From positions 1-64,000 of the forward strand of contig NW_026926606.1 of NCBI RefSeq assembly GCF_032062105.1: a stretch of DNA of 64,000 bases, written 5' to 3'. The stretch's first letter is position 1; the number at the start of each line of letters is the position of its first letter. The position numbers and the translations under genes are program-made. Positions 1-13,544 of this stretch are shown here, one piece after another. This stretch comes from Saccostrea cucullata. Its lineage: Eukaryota. The notes under the pieces were generated by a model that saw nothing but the letters and a program-made list of their open reading frames with translations, made no database searches and was not told the DNA's origin.

Positions 1-140
1 CTTTGAGCTGTAAAAGTTCTTTTTTGTACCAGCACCTACTGCGACACGGGATCTCGATTTATAAGGACTCATCCAGAGGACTGTTCTCCACATTCTACTG
101 TCGACGAAAGAATCAACTTCTTACTCTGCGACGTAAGCTA
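1..140 (-). mobile_element. Degenerate SINE remnant, part of a duplicated upstream block
   Basis: cacctactgcgacacggga..ctcatcc..agga matches the better-preserved copy at 52070-52320. Further remnants at ~33120-33340, 39460-39680 and 45900-46090. Confidence 0.55.
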
Positions 141-751
141 ATGTTTACATTTATTGAAACTCATTTACTTGATATTCTTAACAACAGAACACTGTTTACC
201 GTAGAAAAAACATGCAATTGGTATTATAATAGTGTTCAAAAATGCTGAGCTTTAATTACATTTTAAACTCATCAAAAGAAAATACATTGAATTGTAAAGC
301 TGAGGAGTGAATGGAATTTTATGTCTTTGAGTAAAGCTACTAAATATTTTAAAGAATTCAATATCAATCTTAAAATGGGAATATTTGAAGAAATATACAC
401 CTTGAGACTTACGTATTTTAACTCTCTCTAAAATTTTATTACAAAGCTTCGGTTAAGACTTATAAAGCAAAATAATCAAGAAACTAACAACTTTATTCAG
501 TGAACATACGACATTATGAATAAGTATGCTATATATTAGTATGCTGGTGGATTACTACTCTGCTTTCACTAAATTCCTAACAATCCTAACAAACAGTTAC
601 ATTTCCGGGTCCATCAATTCTATACCAAGCCCCTATCTTTGCTCAGCACAAAAATTCAACTGCCTTACAGGAGAAGCTTCAGGAGTACTGAACAAAGCAT
701 ATTCTTAAATTAAAAGTGGCTATAAAGAGATCTGGATTCTCAAAATATCCT

Positions 752-1275
752 GTGATAAACGTGATGATTTTAACTTTTCTATCGTCAACTTCCCTTACTT
801 ATGCAGCAATATACCTTAATCACCTGCATACGGAGTATATATCTCAATTGATTCGATATGCAAGAGCATGCTCTACGTATGAACAATTTCTAAAACGAGG
901 TGAATTATTGACAAGCAAGTTGATGAAACAAGAATGTCAGCAGTCTCGTTTAAAGTTTTCATTTCGTAAGTTCTATGGTCGATAGAATGACCTAGTCAGC
1001 ACATACATTTTTTTGTTGAGTCAAATGCTGACTGACGTTTTCCATACAAATTGTTCGTCCATTATTTATACACTGAATTGTCGACGGAGTTTCCAGTTAT
1101 TTCCCGAACATGACAAGGAGCACACGACAGGTGTGACCGGTCGGCAGGGGATGCTCACTCCCCCATGGTACCTGATCCCACATCTGATTTTTGGAGGTCC
1201 GTGTTTGCCCTGCTCTTATTTTGTATTGTTTTATGGATTTTGATATTGAATACTGTTCGTTATCTCCATATCCTT
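752..1275 (+). mobile_element. 5'-truncated Penelope-like element (RT C-terminus and 3' tail)
   Basis: Encodes YISQLIRYARACSTYEQFLKRGELLTSKLMKQ..RLKFSFRKFYGR, then the conserved tail GGTGTGACCGGTCGGCAGGGGATGCT..CCTGATCCCAC. Confidence 0.8.
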
Positions 1276-2521
1276 CATTACAGTTAATTTTAAACATTTG
1301 AGAATAATTCTAAATCGAAATTTTTCTTAATTTTAATAATATTCTTCATTATTATTTTCATTGGATTGTCATCGGTGAAATACTCAAAATTATAAATTCC
1401 ATACAATTGTTTCCAAAATTTTATAGTTTTGCTACGAAAACAAGACAGTTTTCTTTTCTCAGTGAAAACAGTAAATTAAAACTCTCCTTCCCTTGAATAA
1501 AATTTTCTGATGATAAAATCATAATTATTCAACGATTGAATTTATCAGGTGATACTTATTTGGCTTAGTAATTGTTCGGTTGAAATATTTCCTTGAAGTA
1601 AGTACACTTTGTACACCCTGTTGACAAAGACTTTTACAGAAATTTAAAACTTATATTTCCTTTTATCCTTTTAATAGTCATTTATAATTCTTGTCTTAAA
1701 ACATTTACGCCCTGTTTCATTTATCTGGTACAATAAGAATGTCATTTTTATATTCGATTTATAAAAAAAAAAAATTTTAAAGTTAACTATGTACAATATA
1801 TAGTATTTTGCTTATTATCCTATATATTTTTTCTACACCCCACTCCCCAAAAAAGATTTAAAAAAAAGAGGAAGAAACATAACTCTTGCTTATAGACGCC
1901 CTTTCTTTACAAAAGAATTTTATATTGTAATTCACAGTTCTTTTTGTGCCAATTCAGGATATTGTAATTTCTTTCGACTAAATAGCACTAAACATGTTTT
2001 TCATACAATATCTTTCTGATGCAATTTGCGTATTTGTAAGAATTAATTAAAATTATTTATGACTAACAAAGATGCAATTAGTATGGAAACCTTAAGTTTA
2101 TGACAAGAGTTTTCTGATACTTCAAATTTCAAAATTCCATAAAGGATATGGATATTGCGAATAAATTCAATATCAAAGTCCATAAAACAATACAAAATAG
2201 GAACCTTTGTATAACAAAGATTCTTTGAAAGTTTCATTAAATTTCATTCAATGGTATAAGAGGAGTGACGGAGTTACGGACGGACGTACAGACAGCCGGA
2301 CATCCCAATCATTATACATGTATACCCTCCCACTATTCAAGCAGGGGTTTAAAAAAAACTCAATTTTTAAAATCATTTTAAAAGTTTATAAAAGTATTTT
2401 GGTTTGGTTTTGGTTTTCTCCTTCTCGACATCACATCGTCTACTTTTAAAATCACAAGATTTAGTATTAACATAAACCTGTTTATGCTTCAGCGTCAACA
2501 GTTCAAACCAAAGCCCCGGAA

Positions 2522-4172
2522 ATGACGCAATGTGACCTTTGTGAGTCTATTGAGGTAGAGGTACACTGCGATTCTTGTCTTGTCAATCTGTGTAAGGCTT
2601 GTGTTGGAGTACATATGATCTCTGATGAATGCACGGACCACAAACTCATCAAATATCAGTCAAGGAAACCTACTCGTCTCTACCCTGAATGTAAATATCA
2701 TAACAAGCAACACTGCACATTGTACTGTAACAAATGTAAAATTCCTGTTTGTAAAATGTGCCTTGCGTCTGGTCAACATCTGAGTCGTAAGTTGTCAGAA
2801 ATCTTGAAAGTTGTGAATGAAAAAAAGGAAGAAAATAATCAGAGAACGATATGAACTAAATGAGACGATTTATCCAACCTACCAGCACATTGCATCTGAT
2901 GTACAAAATAGAATGAGTCAGTTGAAAAAAATATATGGAGATCTTTCTGCAGCAATAACAGAACATGCTAGGGTCTGGCACACAGAAATTGAAAAACATT
3001 CATTAAAATTTCAAGCCAAAGTTGAAAAGATGAAGAGCACAAAATTACAGGCGCTACAGAAACATCTGGATGAAATAAACAAAAACATATCTGACCTAAG
3101 GAATGATATCAAATCAATTGAAAGGACTATAGATGCTAATGACATGTCAAAACTATTAAGGGTCACCTCTAATGTTCACCTTTACAGTAATCTTCCACAG
3201 AAAATAGCTCCTTCTCTACCAAAATCTATTCCAGGAGAGGTTCAAGGCGAAGAATTCGGTAAACTATTTGGAATCTTATTACCAAGTTCTTTAACATTAA
3301 ATGAAAATGGTTACAGCTTGAAACCCAAAAGGAGATCATCAGAAGCTAGATCCCCTCCTCAAGTCAAACAGCTGCTTGACGAACCAGAGATTGTTACAAA
3401 TATAGACACAGAGTTTGAATACCTAATCAATGTGGCATGTCTGAGTGACAAGAGGAAACGACAGTACTATGAAACTTTTTAACAATAATCAGGGATCACT
3501 ACTCAAGTCAATCAAAACCAAGTCAGGGAACATGCCGTGGGATATTGCTGTGACGAAAAGTGGATATCTAGTTTACGCTGATGTCAGTGATAGAACTGTG
3601 AACATTGTGAAGAATAAGAAGATAGAAAACGTCATCAGACTCCAGAACTGGACACCTCGTGGTGTCTGTAGCACCTCCTCTGGTGACCTCCTGGTTACCA
3701 TGTGTAGTCATGATGACAAACACTCGAAAATTGTCCGTTACTAATGTTCCATAGAGAAACAAACCATTCAGTATGATGATCACAGAAAACCTCTCTTTTC
3801 GGTATATGTATAACTGAGAATAGAAATTTGGATATATGTGTCTCCGAAAATGGCATTAGAGCTATCGTGATGGTAAATCATGCCGGGAAACTGAGATTCA
3901 TGTACACTGGACACACACTTCCTCCGAAGAACAGGCCATTCATTCCACTAGGAATCACCACAGACAGTCACAGTCACGTGTTTACGACAGATGATAATAA
4001 TCACTGCGTCCACAGTATAGATAAAAACGAACACTTCCTCCAATACATACACTGTGAACTGAGTGAACCCGTGGGACTTTGTACAGATTTAAATTATAAT
4101 CTGTATGTTGCTCAGTGTAGAAACAAACAAGTAAAGAAAATAAAATATCTGGCTAAATGCATCAAGGTATAG
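2522..4172 (+). pseudogene. TRIM-like gene copy A (2x B-box, coiled coil, NHL-like propeller), disrupted
   Basis: Four ORF pieces (2522, 2817, 3445, 3828) are collinear with intact copy F. Frameshift in the A-run near 2825, deletion near 3449, TAA at 3742, deletion near 3805. Acceptor ttatgcttcAG at 2491-2492; candidate donor GTAAGT at 1598. Confidence 0.9.
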
Positions 4173-4259
4173 ATAAAAAAAATTATGATTTTTTTTTCTT
4201 GATGAAACTTACCATCGTATGCACATGTATATTACATCGGTGGTTGTATTTATGAAAAT

Positions 4260-4652
4260 CTCGTTTTAGAAATAGTTCATATGAAGAGCATGCTCGTGCG
4301 TATCTATTCAACTGAGATATATAAACGCCGTATGCAGATGATGAAGATATATTGTTACATCAGTAAGGGAAGATAAGGCGATAGAAAAGATAATGTCATC
4401 ACGTTTATCATAGAGCTTGGTTGTTAGATAACCATTAACGTCTTTTTCAAGTAGAGTATCCAAATACGAAACAGATGTGTCAGACTCTGTGGTGTCTTTT
4501 ATCTCAAGCTCACCAGTATATATCGAATTGACAAAGGAATGGAAATTACCATTGTTAATTGACATTACGTCGTCGATATATCTAAATGTTGAGTTGAAGG
4601 CCACAGCAAGTTTTTCCTTCATTTCACGTATAAGATTTTGGACAAATTCTGC
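4260..4652 (-). mobile_element. Penelope-like RT fragment
   Basis: ORF 4308-4622: LAVAFNSTFRYIDDVMSINN..ELEIKDTTES..LTTKLYDKRDD (YIDD catalytic motif). Confidence 0.85.
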
Positions 4653-4929
4653 AGATGATTTTTTTCCCCTATTTATTCATTAGAACCCCACCACACCCCA
4701 TTGTGACCCAGCCCTACCCCTGGGGGCCCTCATTTGAACCAGTATGGCTTGGTACTACTTGAGGATGCCTCAATATCAATATGATTATTATGGCTTTTCT
4801 GTTCTTGGGAAAAAATCTTCCTTGATATTTCGAGGTAAAACTTTTATCTCCAGTTGTGGCCCACCCAACCTACTTCCCTACTCCCCCAATTATGACATGA
4901 ACAGTCTTGAATCAACATTATAAAGATAT

Positions 4930-5025
4930 TGCAATATAATGACGTGAATAATCTTATGTATTGAGTAAAGTCTAATAAATCAGTTTCCGGTTGCATCATC
5001 ATGGTGTTCTGATCTGGTTTTTACA
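4930..5025 (+). repeat. 5' LTR (96 bp)
   Basis: TGCAATATAAT..GGTTTTTACA, directly followed by the PBS; aligns to the 3' LTR with a 27-bp gap. Confidence 0.92.
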
Positions 5026-5061
5026 TGGTGTCAGAAAATTCACATCCATCGCCCCAGAAAT

Positions 5062-8000
5062 ATGGCGCATAAAGGCATTAGAACCCTTCCAGAATTTAAT
5101 CCGACTGATCCTAATTTTGGAGCAAGAGAATGGGAGTCGTACAAGCGTGATTTCCTCGTTCATTTTTATACACTAGAATTGAATGATAAATCCGGCAAAA
5201 GGAAAGTAAGTATGTTGCTCGCCAACATGGGACGTGAGGCCGTCAAAATATATTATTCCTTCACATGGGCACCTGGAATAGAAGCAGATGAAGGAAACAA
5301 CATAGAAGCACAGCTCGGAGAGGATCGCCATGACCTAGATACAGTATTCCGCAAATTCGACCGCCATTTTGGTGTGCACAATTACATGTATCGCAATATC
5401 AAGAGACAGGAATTCTTAGATACTAAGAGAGGTAAGAGCACAACTATGGACTATTTCTCGGAGCTTAAGCGTAAAGCAGAATTTTGTGAATACGGTGAGT
5501 ATAAGGAAGGCTTCATATGTGACATGATTATTAATGGTGTTAACAACAGGAAGTGCTCAGAGAAATTAATGGAAATTCCAGCCGCTAACTTAAATCTAGA
5601 CAGAGTAATTAAGACCTGTCGACAGGTCGAACTAACTAGTGCACATCTGAAAAACTTGGACGCAGAGAACCCAATGGTAAATCTAGCACACATGCATCAT
5701 GAGAAAACAAGGATGAATCGGTGACCAACGAGGGGAGGTATATACCAAGGCACTCATCCATTTTGTATCAAATGTGGCAAATACAATGCGAGTGGAAACT
5801 GTCCGCCTTATAACAAGCATTGTGATTCATATGGACAAAAGGGACATTTTACACATTCAACCTTGTGTGGAGGACGCACCACACCAGTCAGAAATTTTCG
5901 TAGAGGCAGGAGTTGGTTCAGAGGCAGTGGACATGCACCGCAGCAGTCAAGAGTATATTACGCAGAAGATAACGAATATCAGGATACCCAAGAATTGGAA
6001 CAAATATTTGATCAATGTACGTTTCAGGATGTGTGGACAGCTCAAACAGATTCCAGCCAAGAGAAACTAAGTGATTGGAAAGTCATCTTTGACGTCAAAG
6101 ATAGGAAACTTACCCTTGATATTGACAGTGGAGCACAGTGCAACATCCTTTCAAAAACAAGTGCCGATAAATTCATATCGATTGCACCGATTACAGACAG
6201 CAAAGTTATCATCAATGGAGTGAGCAACACAGCAAAAGCATGTGGACAAATCTGCCTGCCATGCAGATACCAAGACAAAGAGAGAACCATAAACTTTCAA
6301 GTGATTGACAATCCTTGTCCTTTACAGCTACTGGGGAGAAAGGACAGCATTCTTTTTGGTCTTATAGCCAGAGTGAACAATGTAAGTGTGAGTGACGTCA
6401 CGGAACAAATAAAGCAAGAATTCACAGATGTTATCGGACAGCAAGTTGGATGTCTGCCTGGCGAGTATAAGATCAAAGTTGACAACACTATAACACCAGT
6501 TATTAACGCACCAAGAGCAATTCCTGTAGCCATTCGTGAGCAAGTGAAAAGTGAGCTTGACAATCTCGTTCGCTGTGGAATTATTACCCCACCCCAGTCA
6601 AAGAACCAACCGCATGGGTAAACAGTATGGTTTGTGTAAGGAAGAAGAACGCTCGTGTAAAAATTTGCATTGATCCATCAGATCTCAATAAAGCGATTAA
6701 GCGTGGGCATTACCTTATGAACAGCATAGACGACATAGTAACCAGGTTACACGGAAGCAAGTTTTTCTCTACCCTTGATGCCAATATGGGCTACTACTAA
6801 ATAAAACTGACCAAAGCAAGCTCCTTGTTAACAACATTTAACACGTCTTTTGGAAGGTACCGATATCTTCGTATTCCAATGGGATTAAAGTGTTCAGGAG
6901 AAGTGTTCCAGAGAGAAATGGTTACTCACTTTGGCAGCATGGAAGGTTTTGAAATCGTGATTGACGATATACTGCTTCATGGGAAGACTCTAGAGGAGCA
7001 CACAAAGAGACTTACGACAGTACTCAAAAAGGCCCGATCAATTGGTCTGAAACTAAACTCAGCTAAGTGTGTACTTGTGAAGCCAGAAGTAGTTTATGTT
7101 GGTCATATCCTCACCGGAGAAGGCGAAAACCTTCAAGAGATAGGATATGAGCAATTCTTGAGATGAAGGATCCAGAGGATAGAAGCGAGCTAGAGACTGT
7201 GTTGGGCATGCTCGCATACCTAGCCAAGTTCATTCCAAGACTAAGTGAACTTACATCACCGTTACGAGAGCTTAAGATTAGAGACCAGTGGAGCTGGGAC
7301 ACGGAAGCTCAACAGGCATTTACTAATGTTAAGAAAGCACTTACCTCAACAGATGTCTTGAAGTACTTTGATGCCACACAGCCAGTGATCGTTACAGTTG
7401 ATGCATCAATGAAAGGTTTGGGAGCAGCAATCCCGCAGAAAAATGGAGTAGTGGATTATGCATCTCGAGCTCTAACACCCGCGGAGCAAAGATATGCGCA
7501 AATCGAGAAATTGTATTGGTTGGGTGTGAATGTTTTCACAAATTGCTGTATGGGAAAGCTGATGTAACCATAGAAACAGACCACAAGCAACTGGAAAGCA
7601 TCATGAAGAAACCAATACGCACAGCACCGATGCGAATTCAAAAAATGATGTTAAGACTGCAGCCGTATGAATTTAATCTCATATATGTGAAGGGGAAGGA
7701 GATCGGATTAACAGATTGTCTGAGCAGGTAATCGTTACAGGAGAGTGACGATGAAATGATGGTTTTTACTGTAGAAACACTGTCGTATACAAACCATGAG
7801 ACATTAGTAGAAGCCACGAAGAAGGATCAGCAATTACAGACTCTGAAACAAGCTATCTGCCAAGGATGGACAGAAAGGAAATGAGACTTGCCACTTGAAG
7901 TCATGCTTGAAGTCATTCTGGGACTTTCGCGATGAGTTATCTACCTACAGTGGGTTAATCTATCGTGGAGAACGAACAGTCATACCAACAGAGCTACAAG

Positions 8001-9010
8001 CCACCACACTGAAGACTATCTACAGTTCTCATCAAGGAATTCTTAAATCAAAACAAAAAGCTAGAGAGCTTGTGTTCTGGCCTGGGATGAACAAACGGAT
8101 TGAAGACGTCGTTAGTAGATGCAGCGCCTATTTGATGCATAGGAACAAGCCACAGAAGGAACCAATGATCATCCATTCAATACCTTCACTTCCTTGGAGC
8201 AAAGTTGGCACAGATCTTTTTGAGTTTGACAACCACCATTTCCTCATTATGGTTGATTACTATTCGAATTTCATAGAAGTTGCTGAATTGGAACGTGACA
8301 CAAGAGCAGCGACTGTCATTAAAATAATCAAAGAGAATATTACTCGTTATGGCATTATGGACATACTGGTAAGCGACAATGGTCCACAGTTCGCCTGTCA
8401 AGAGTTTAAGGATTTCACCAGGGCGTATGGTATTGAACACATAACGTCATCGTCCTTACATCCGCAATCCAACGGCTTGGTGGAATAGACAGTTCAAACT
8501 GTCAAGAACATTGTAAAGAAATATGCAGAATCTGGATATGATATACACTTGGGTCTCCTTGATTTACGCAACGACCCAAGAGATTCTGGAATTGGATTTC
8601 CGATGCAGCGTCTGATGTCTAGAAGAGCTAAAACATTGATACCTACCAGTGACAACCTACGTAAACCATGCATCATAGAGCCGAATCAGGTTTCAACTCG
8701 TCTAATGGAATATAGACTAAAACAGAAGTTCTATTATGATCAGCACGCGAAGCCAAGACAACAGTGTGAGCCTGGCGATTCAATACGCATTCAAACACCA
8801 GAGGGTTGGAAACCGACTGAATACATTGCGCAAACTGAAACTCCACCATCTCATCTTGTAAAAGCAGGTGTTCAGGGCAGAACATACCGCCGAAACAACT
8901 GCAAGTTGATGAAAACGACAGAGGATACACATACAATCCAACAAAACAAGAAATCCTCAATCCTCAGACTATTATTGTTCCAAAGGAGCAGCCGACAAGT
9001 AGTCCGCTAA
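5062..9010 (+). pseudogene. Gypsy gag-pol, fragmented by stops and frameshifts
   Basis: Gag 5062-5724 and Cys/His knuckle remnant near 5764-5870; protease LDIDSGAQCNIL; RT GRYRYLRIPMGLKCSGEVFQ and IDDILLHG; RNase H TVDASMKGLGA; integrase ARELVFWPGM, VGTDLF, SDNGPQF, HPQSNGLVE. Confidence 0.93.
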
Positions 9011-9454
9011 CCACAAATCAAAAAACCATACAACAGAGTGAAGCAACAGACAAACAAAATCCAGTTTTGCCAGTACCAGCTACCAACCAACAAAAAAAAC
9101 GCGTTCGGGTCGAGCTGTTGTGAAACCTAAGTACCTGTCTGATTATACCGTGTGATTCAGTAAAACATAAATCGTTGTAAAAAGGGCATGATAATCCCTT
9201 TATTTGCATGTTCAATTTGTTTACAAATGTGATGCTAAAGCAAATGAATTTCAATTTAGTTCTATGAGATTGCCTAGTCAGTGAACTTTCTAGTCTAATA
9301 TTATGTTGATATTAAGTTACCTTCATTAAGTCCTAAAATGTGATTGTATCTTATATTGTGTGATTTATGAAAATTTAAAGTATTTGATTTTTTTATCTAC
9401 TTAATTTGATACTGATTCTCATCCAAACTATTCTTTAATTTAATTGAAGGGGGA

Positions 9455-9577
9455 TGTAATATAATCACATGAATAATCTTATGTATGACTTATTTTGTAT
9501 GTGAACTCTCTAATGTGTAAAGTCTAATAAATCAGTTTCCGGTTGCATCATCTTAGTGTTCTGATCTGGTTATTACA
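9455..9577 (+). repeat. 3' LTR (123 bp)
   Basis: TGTAATATAAT..GGTTATTACA, after the polypurine tract and before the TSD GATAT; contains AATAAA. Confidence 0.92.
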
Positions 9578-10622
9578 GATATGACCAATCATGCCTTTGT
9601 GGTTTTTAACAAGAAGAGTTTAAAATATTTATCCGATGTGTTCATTCCTATGTAAAACTTTAATTTCATATGTGGCCCCGCCCTACCCCCGGGGGTCATG
9701 ATTTGTACAAACTTGAATCTACACTACCTGAAAATGTTTCCAAATATGTTTCATCTTTCCTTGCCCAGTGGTAATTGTGAAGTAAATTTTAAAAGATTTT
9801 CCTATATATTCCTATGTAAAACTTTGATCATGAATTGTGGCCCAGCCCTACCCCCGGGGATCATGATTTGAACAAATTTGAATCTACACTACCTGAGGAT
9901 GATTCCACATGAATTGCATCTTTGCCCAGTGGTTCTTGAGAAGAAGATTTTTAAAGATTCTTCCTATATATTCCTATGTAAAACTTTGATCGTCAATTTT
10001 GACCCCACCCTACTCCTGGGGGTCATGATTTGTACAAATTTTAATCTACTCTACATGAGGATATTTTCATATAAGTTTAATCTTTCCAGGTTCAGAGGTT
10101 CTTGAGAATTGAGAATAAGATTTTTGCAGATGCTTTTCAATAGAATCCTTTGTAACTTGAATTCCCTTTACCCAAGGATACTTTGTGGCAAGTTTTGTTG
10201 AAATTAGCCCAATACTTCTTGAAAAGAAGTTAAAAATGTTTAAAAAAAATTCAGACAGACGGAGAGACAAACGGACGGACACACGAACTTAAAGACGGAT
10301 GTTGCACATATTGAAATAAAATTTAGTATTTAGAGTTATCATAAAAATATCTAGGTCAGGTTCTGTTTTGGGTATGATCGGACCATTTTGGACGCAATCA
10401 TGCCCCTTTGATTTTTATTTGGGGGAAGAGGGCATAAGTGATTTGCAAACATATCTTGTATAGAAAGCTTTGAGGATCAGATTCTTCACCGAAAATACAG
10501 TAATGTTATATTTCGTCATTATTTTTCTATGAATATCTTTTAATGATAAAAGCTAAATTAATCTTGAAAGTATCCATGTTAACTTATTAATTGTTTTGAG
10601 TAGTTCTGAGAAACATTTTTGT

Positions 10623-10899
10623 AGTCCTGAACTCCAGAGATTTGTGTCCTTTGTGAACTGAATGCTGATGAGAGGAAAGCATTTGTTCAGTTTGTGACCG
10701 GCTGTTCCTCCCTCCCCCTGGGGGGCCTGGCCAATCTCCACCCACGCCTCTCCGTGGCTCGTAAAATGAGAATGAGTCCGGCTACCCTTCTGTGAACACT
10801 TGTTACCACTATCTCAAACTGCCTGAGTATTCCAGCGAGGGGATACTCCGCGATAGACTGATCACTGCTACCCGCGAAAAGCAGTTCCACTTCAACTAA
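10623..10899 (+). pseudogene. HECTD1: Orphan frameshifted terminal exon of a HECTD1-like HECT E3 ligase
   Basis: Manual translation across frameshifts: [83 protein letters not shown]. This matches the HECTD1 C-terminus as recalled, including the catalytic Cys in SVNTC. Acceptor-like tttttgtAG at 10623-10624. Confidence 0.88.
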
Positions 10900-12982
10900 A
10901 TGTGATATAAAGCTGAATCCCAGTGCTCGGTTTCTTGTTTACTGCAGGCTTATCTGTATACTCAGGCTGCCATTATCTAAAGCTTACATATCTAGGGTAC
11001 TAGCTGGGCACTAGTTAACAATTTATCTGTAAATATACGGCCGGTTTATAATGTAATGGTTGATAGCTTTTTGTACTGTGACGATGACATATGCATGCCA
11101 AGAAATCTCGACCGGTTTACGCACTGATAAAGTCAATAAAAGTGTAATTGATGCAAATCACCCATATTCCCCAAACGCTAGCAAGACAATTTACGACAGC
11201 AGATTTCGATTTTAGGGGGGGGGGGGTCATAGGTTTTCAGCTTTCTTAGTTAAAGAAAAATAAACTTGATATATTCCACCATTTATTTCTATCAGTGATA
11301 TTTTTACATTAAAATGAAAATATTAACATAGCCAATCAGGTTGCGTCACACCGGTAATTGTTTTCACTATAAAATTCCATATAGAATAAAAAGTCGTTAA
11401 AAAAAATCTGGTATTTGTTTACTTGAAAAAATATCTAGCAGGAGGTGTTAAACATTACCTTCACACTAGCTGACACACTCTCACACACAAAACGGTACCT
11501 ACACGGCATTTTCTGACTTTTTCCATCTGCAAACAGAGCTACTCTCAAATCCACGTGTTTTCAATGTGTATATAAACATTCCGAGTGTACCGCAGGAAGT
11601 AGCCTCCTAAAATTCCCGGGAAAAAATAGTTCTTGTCAAAAACCTTTATTTGTTCAAAAAGTACATAAAATTTACTAGGCACAGGTACCAAAGTTGTAAG
11701 AATGGCTTGGAAGAGAATAGAAAAACGTCTCAAAAGAAAGGAAAATCAATTTTATATGTATGGACCTACATTTGACTAAGTTCATTTTGATTGGTCAATT
11801 ACCGATGTGATACCTCTACCTATTTGGTACTCCTCTCCCCTCTTGTTTAACCAGGAAATGATGTCAACTTCCGGGAATCTGGTACCCTTTTTCCCATAAT
11901 TCGACGCGCGGTACTTCCACAACTACCAAGTTCATCGTACCCGACGTTAAAATGCTCAGGAAAAAAAACTATATGGAAATACGTAAAAAATTGAAAGCCA
12001 GCTTATTTCTACTGACAAATTAGTTTACTATAATTAATAATTTTTAACTTTCTTTTTCTTTAGCTTACTTTTTTTTTAACAGTATTTGATAAATATGACC
12101 CCCCCCCCCCCCAGAAAAAAAGAAGGGGTGCAAAGGCTTCTAAATAATTAGTTTTGTACCTATGTTTTAAACCCAGTAAAACTTAAGATCCCTCCCTCAA
12201 AACTCCTGACATTAATTGCCTCGCCAACATCTCTCGGGGGAATTTCACAGATTAACGTTAATTCGGCTTTTATTGAGTTCGCTCTCCGGAAAGACTGCTA
12301 AGATTTTCTTGGCATGTACATGTAGCTTTTTGTGACGATGCTGTGCTTTTATACAGTGTAACATTGTATGTGTATAGATCCTTTGGATTTCCTACAACCT
12401 GTGATTATAATACACTGTATGTAGGAAAATGTTTCTTCAAATCTATAATATACTTAGTAGTTATTTTCATTAGCTTGTTCACAAGAAGTGAAAAAAAAAC
12501 ATTTTGTTTAAACTCGTTTCTCAGTTTGATGATATTCTTCACACTTTGTCCTTGATTATTTGCTAGTCATCAGCTGGAAAAATAAAACAAGTGCAATTCA
12601 CTGTAGCTGACATCTGTGACATACTAATGGGGGATGTCGAAGTTAGGCCACTACAAAATTTTGTTGTAAATCGAGTGTTAATTATTGCGTGTGATATGTT
12701 TTCAGGCTATCAGCATAGCCTTTATACCACTATATAAAAATCATGTTTCCATATTGTGTTATGTGAAATCGTTAATTCTGATAAGTGATATGATTGTTTT
12801 CACTGAATATTGGTATTTAAATTTGTCATTTTCCTGACTTTGCTAATAAAGCAAGCATTTTGATTATACTGAGTTTTTTTTTAAAATTCTAAATACGTTT
12901 ATATTTGAGGTAGCTAATGTGTGATACACAGCTTCTATACAAGCCTGGACTAATGGTTTAACTCGAGCTCAATCAGTAGAAC

Positions 12983-13544
12983 GAGAGGTCAACATTACCG
13001 CTACATTGTCAAAAATTTCAACTCATTACTGCTACATTTTTCCAAAATTTTGACCGATCATTACCGCTTCATTTTTCTGACCAAAAACAACGCATTACTG
13101 CTACATATCAAATGGTATGGTTATGAATATGAGTTCCAGAATCACTATATGATCACTAATGAAGTACAATTTCAATTTTAATTCTAATCAGAATCAGTTT
13201 ATATATATGTCTGTAGTCAAAATGCAATAACATGTACTGAACACACTTGAACGTCATGGCTACTATTGAGAAGTTTGTGACAAATCGCGGCAATGCAGTA
13301 ATAGTTATCGATGGATATAAATTTAGTAAAAATAAAACTTTTAAAACTAAAAAATGTGGATTAGATGGAAGATTTGAATCATGAATCAGTGGAAACATCT
13401 CTTATGTGTGTATATGTTGTACTCTAAATCAATCAGTACACGCATAAATGGCTGACTAACGAAAGAGGCAATGTAGCGGTAATGTATACTTTTATATGTA
13501 GCGGTAATAAAAATTTCGAAAATGTAGCGGTAATGATACGCACC
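12983..13544. mobile_element. Non-autonomous Mutator-like (MULE) element, 562 bp
   Basis: Perfect 9-bp TSD CAGTAGAAC (12974-12982 and 13545-13553). About 4 copies of CATTAC(C/T)GCTACAT on the left and 3 inverted ATGTAGCGGTAAT on the right. Confidence 0.8.

Larger units (their letters stand above)
4930..9577 (+). mobile_element. Full-length decayed Ty3/Gypsy LTR retrotransposon
   Basis: TG..CA LTRs at 4930-5025 and 9455-9577. TSD GATAT at 4925-4929 and 9578-9582. PBS TGGTGTCAGAA at 5026; polypurine tract GAAGGGGGA at 9446-9454. Order gag-PR-RT-RH-IN. Confidence 0.95.
4660..10290 (+). repeat. Cg170-like ~165-bp satellite in a HINE-type element, split by the Gypsy insertion (4660-4929 and 9583-10290)
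   Basis: ccctacccc..ggg(g)tcatgatttgaacaaa..tgaatctacactacctgaggat recurs at ~4712, 9681, 9846 and 10008. Ends in a cagacagacgga microsatellite near 10250-10285. Confidence 0.75.

Noticed and set aside
10553-10890. Minus-strand ORFs 10553-10741 and 10687-10890
   Set aside because: Antisense shadows of the plus-strand HECTD1 fragment; short ORFs opposite the TRIM and Gypsy sequences were dismissed likewise.
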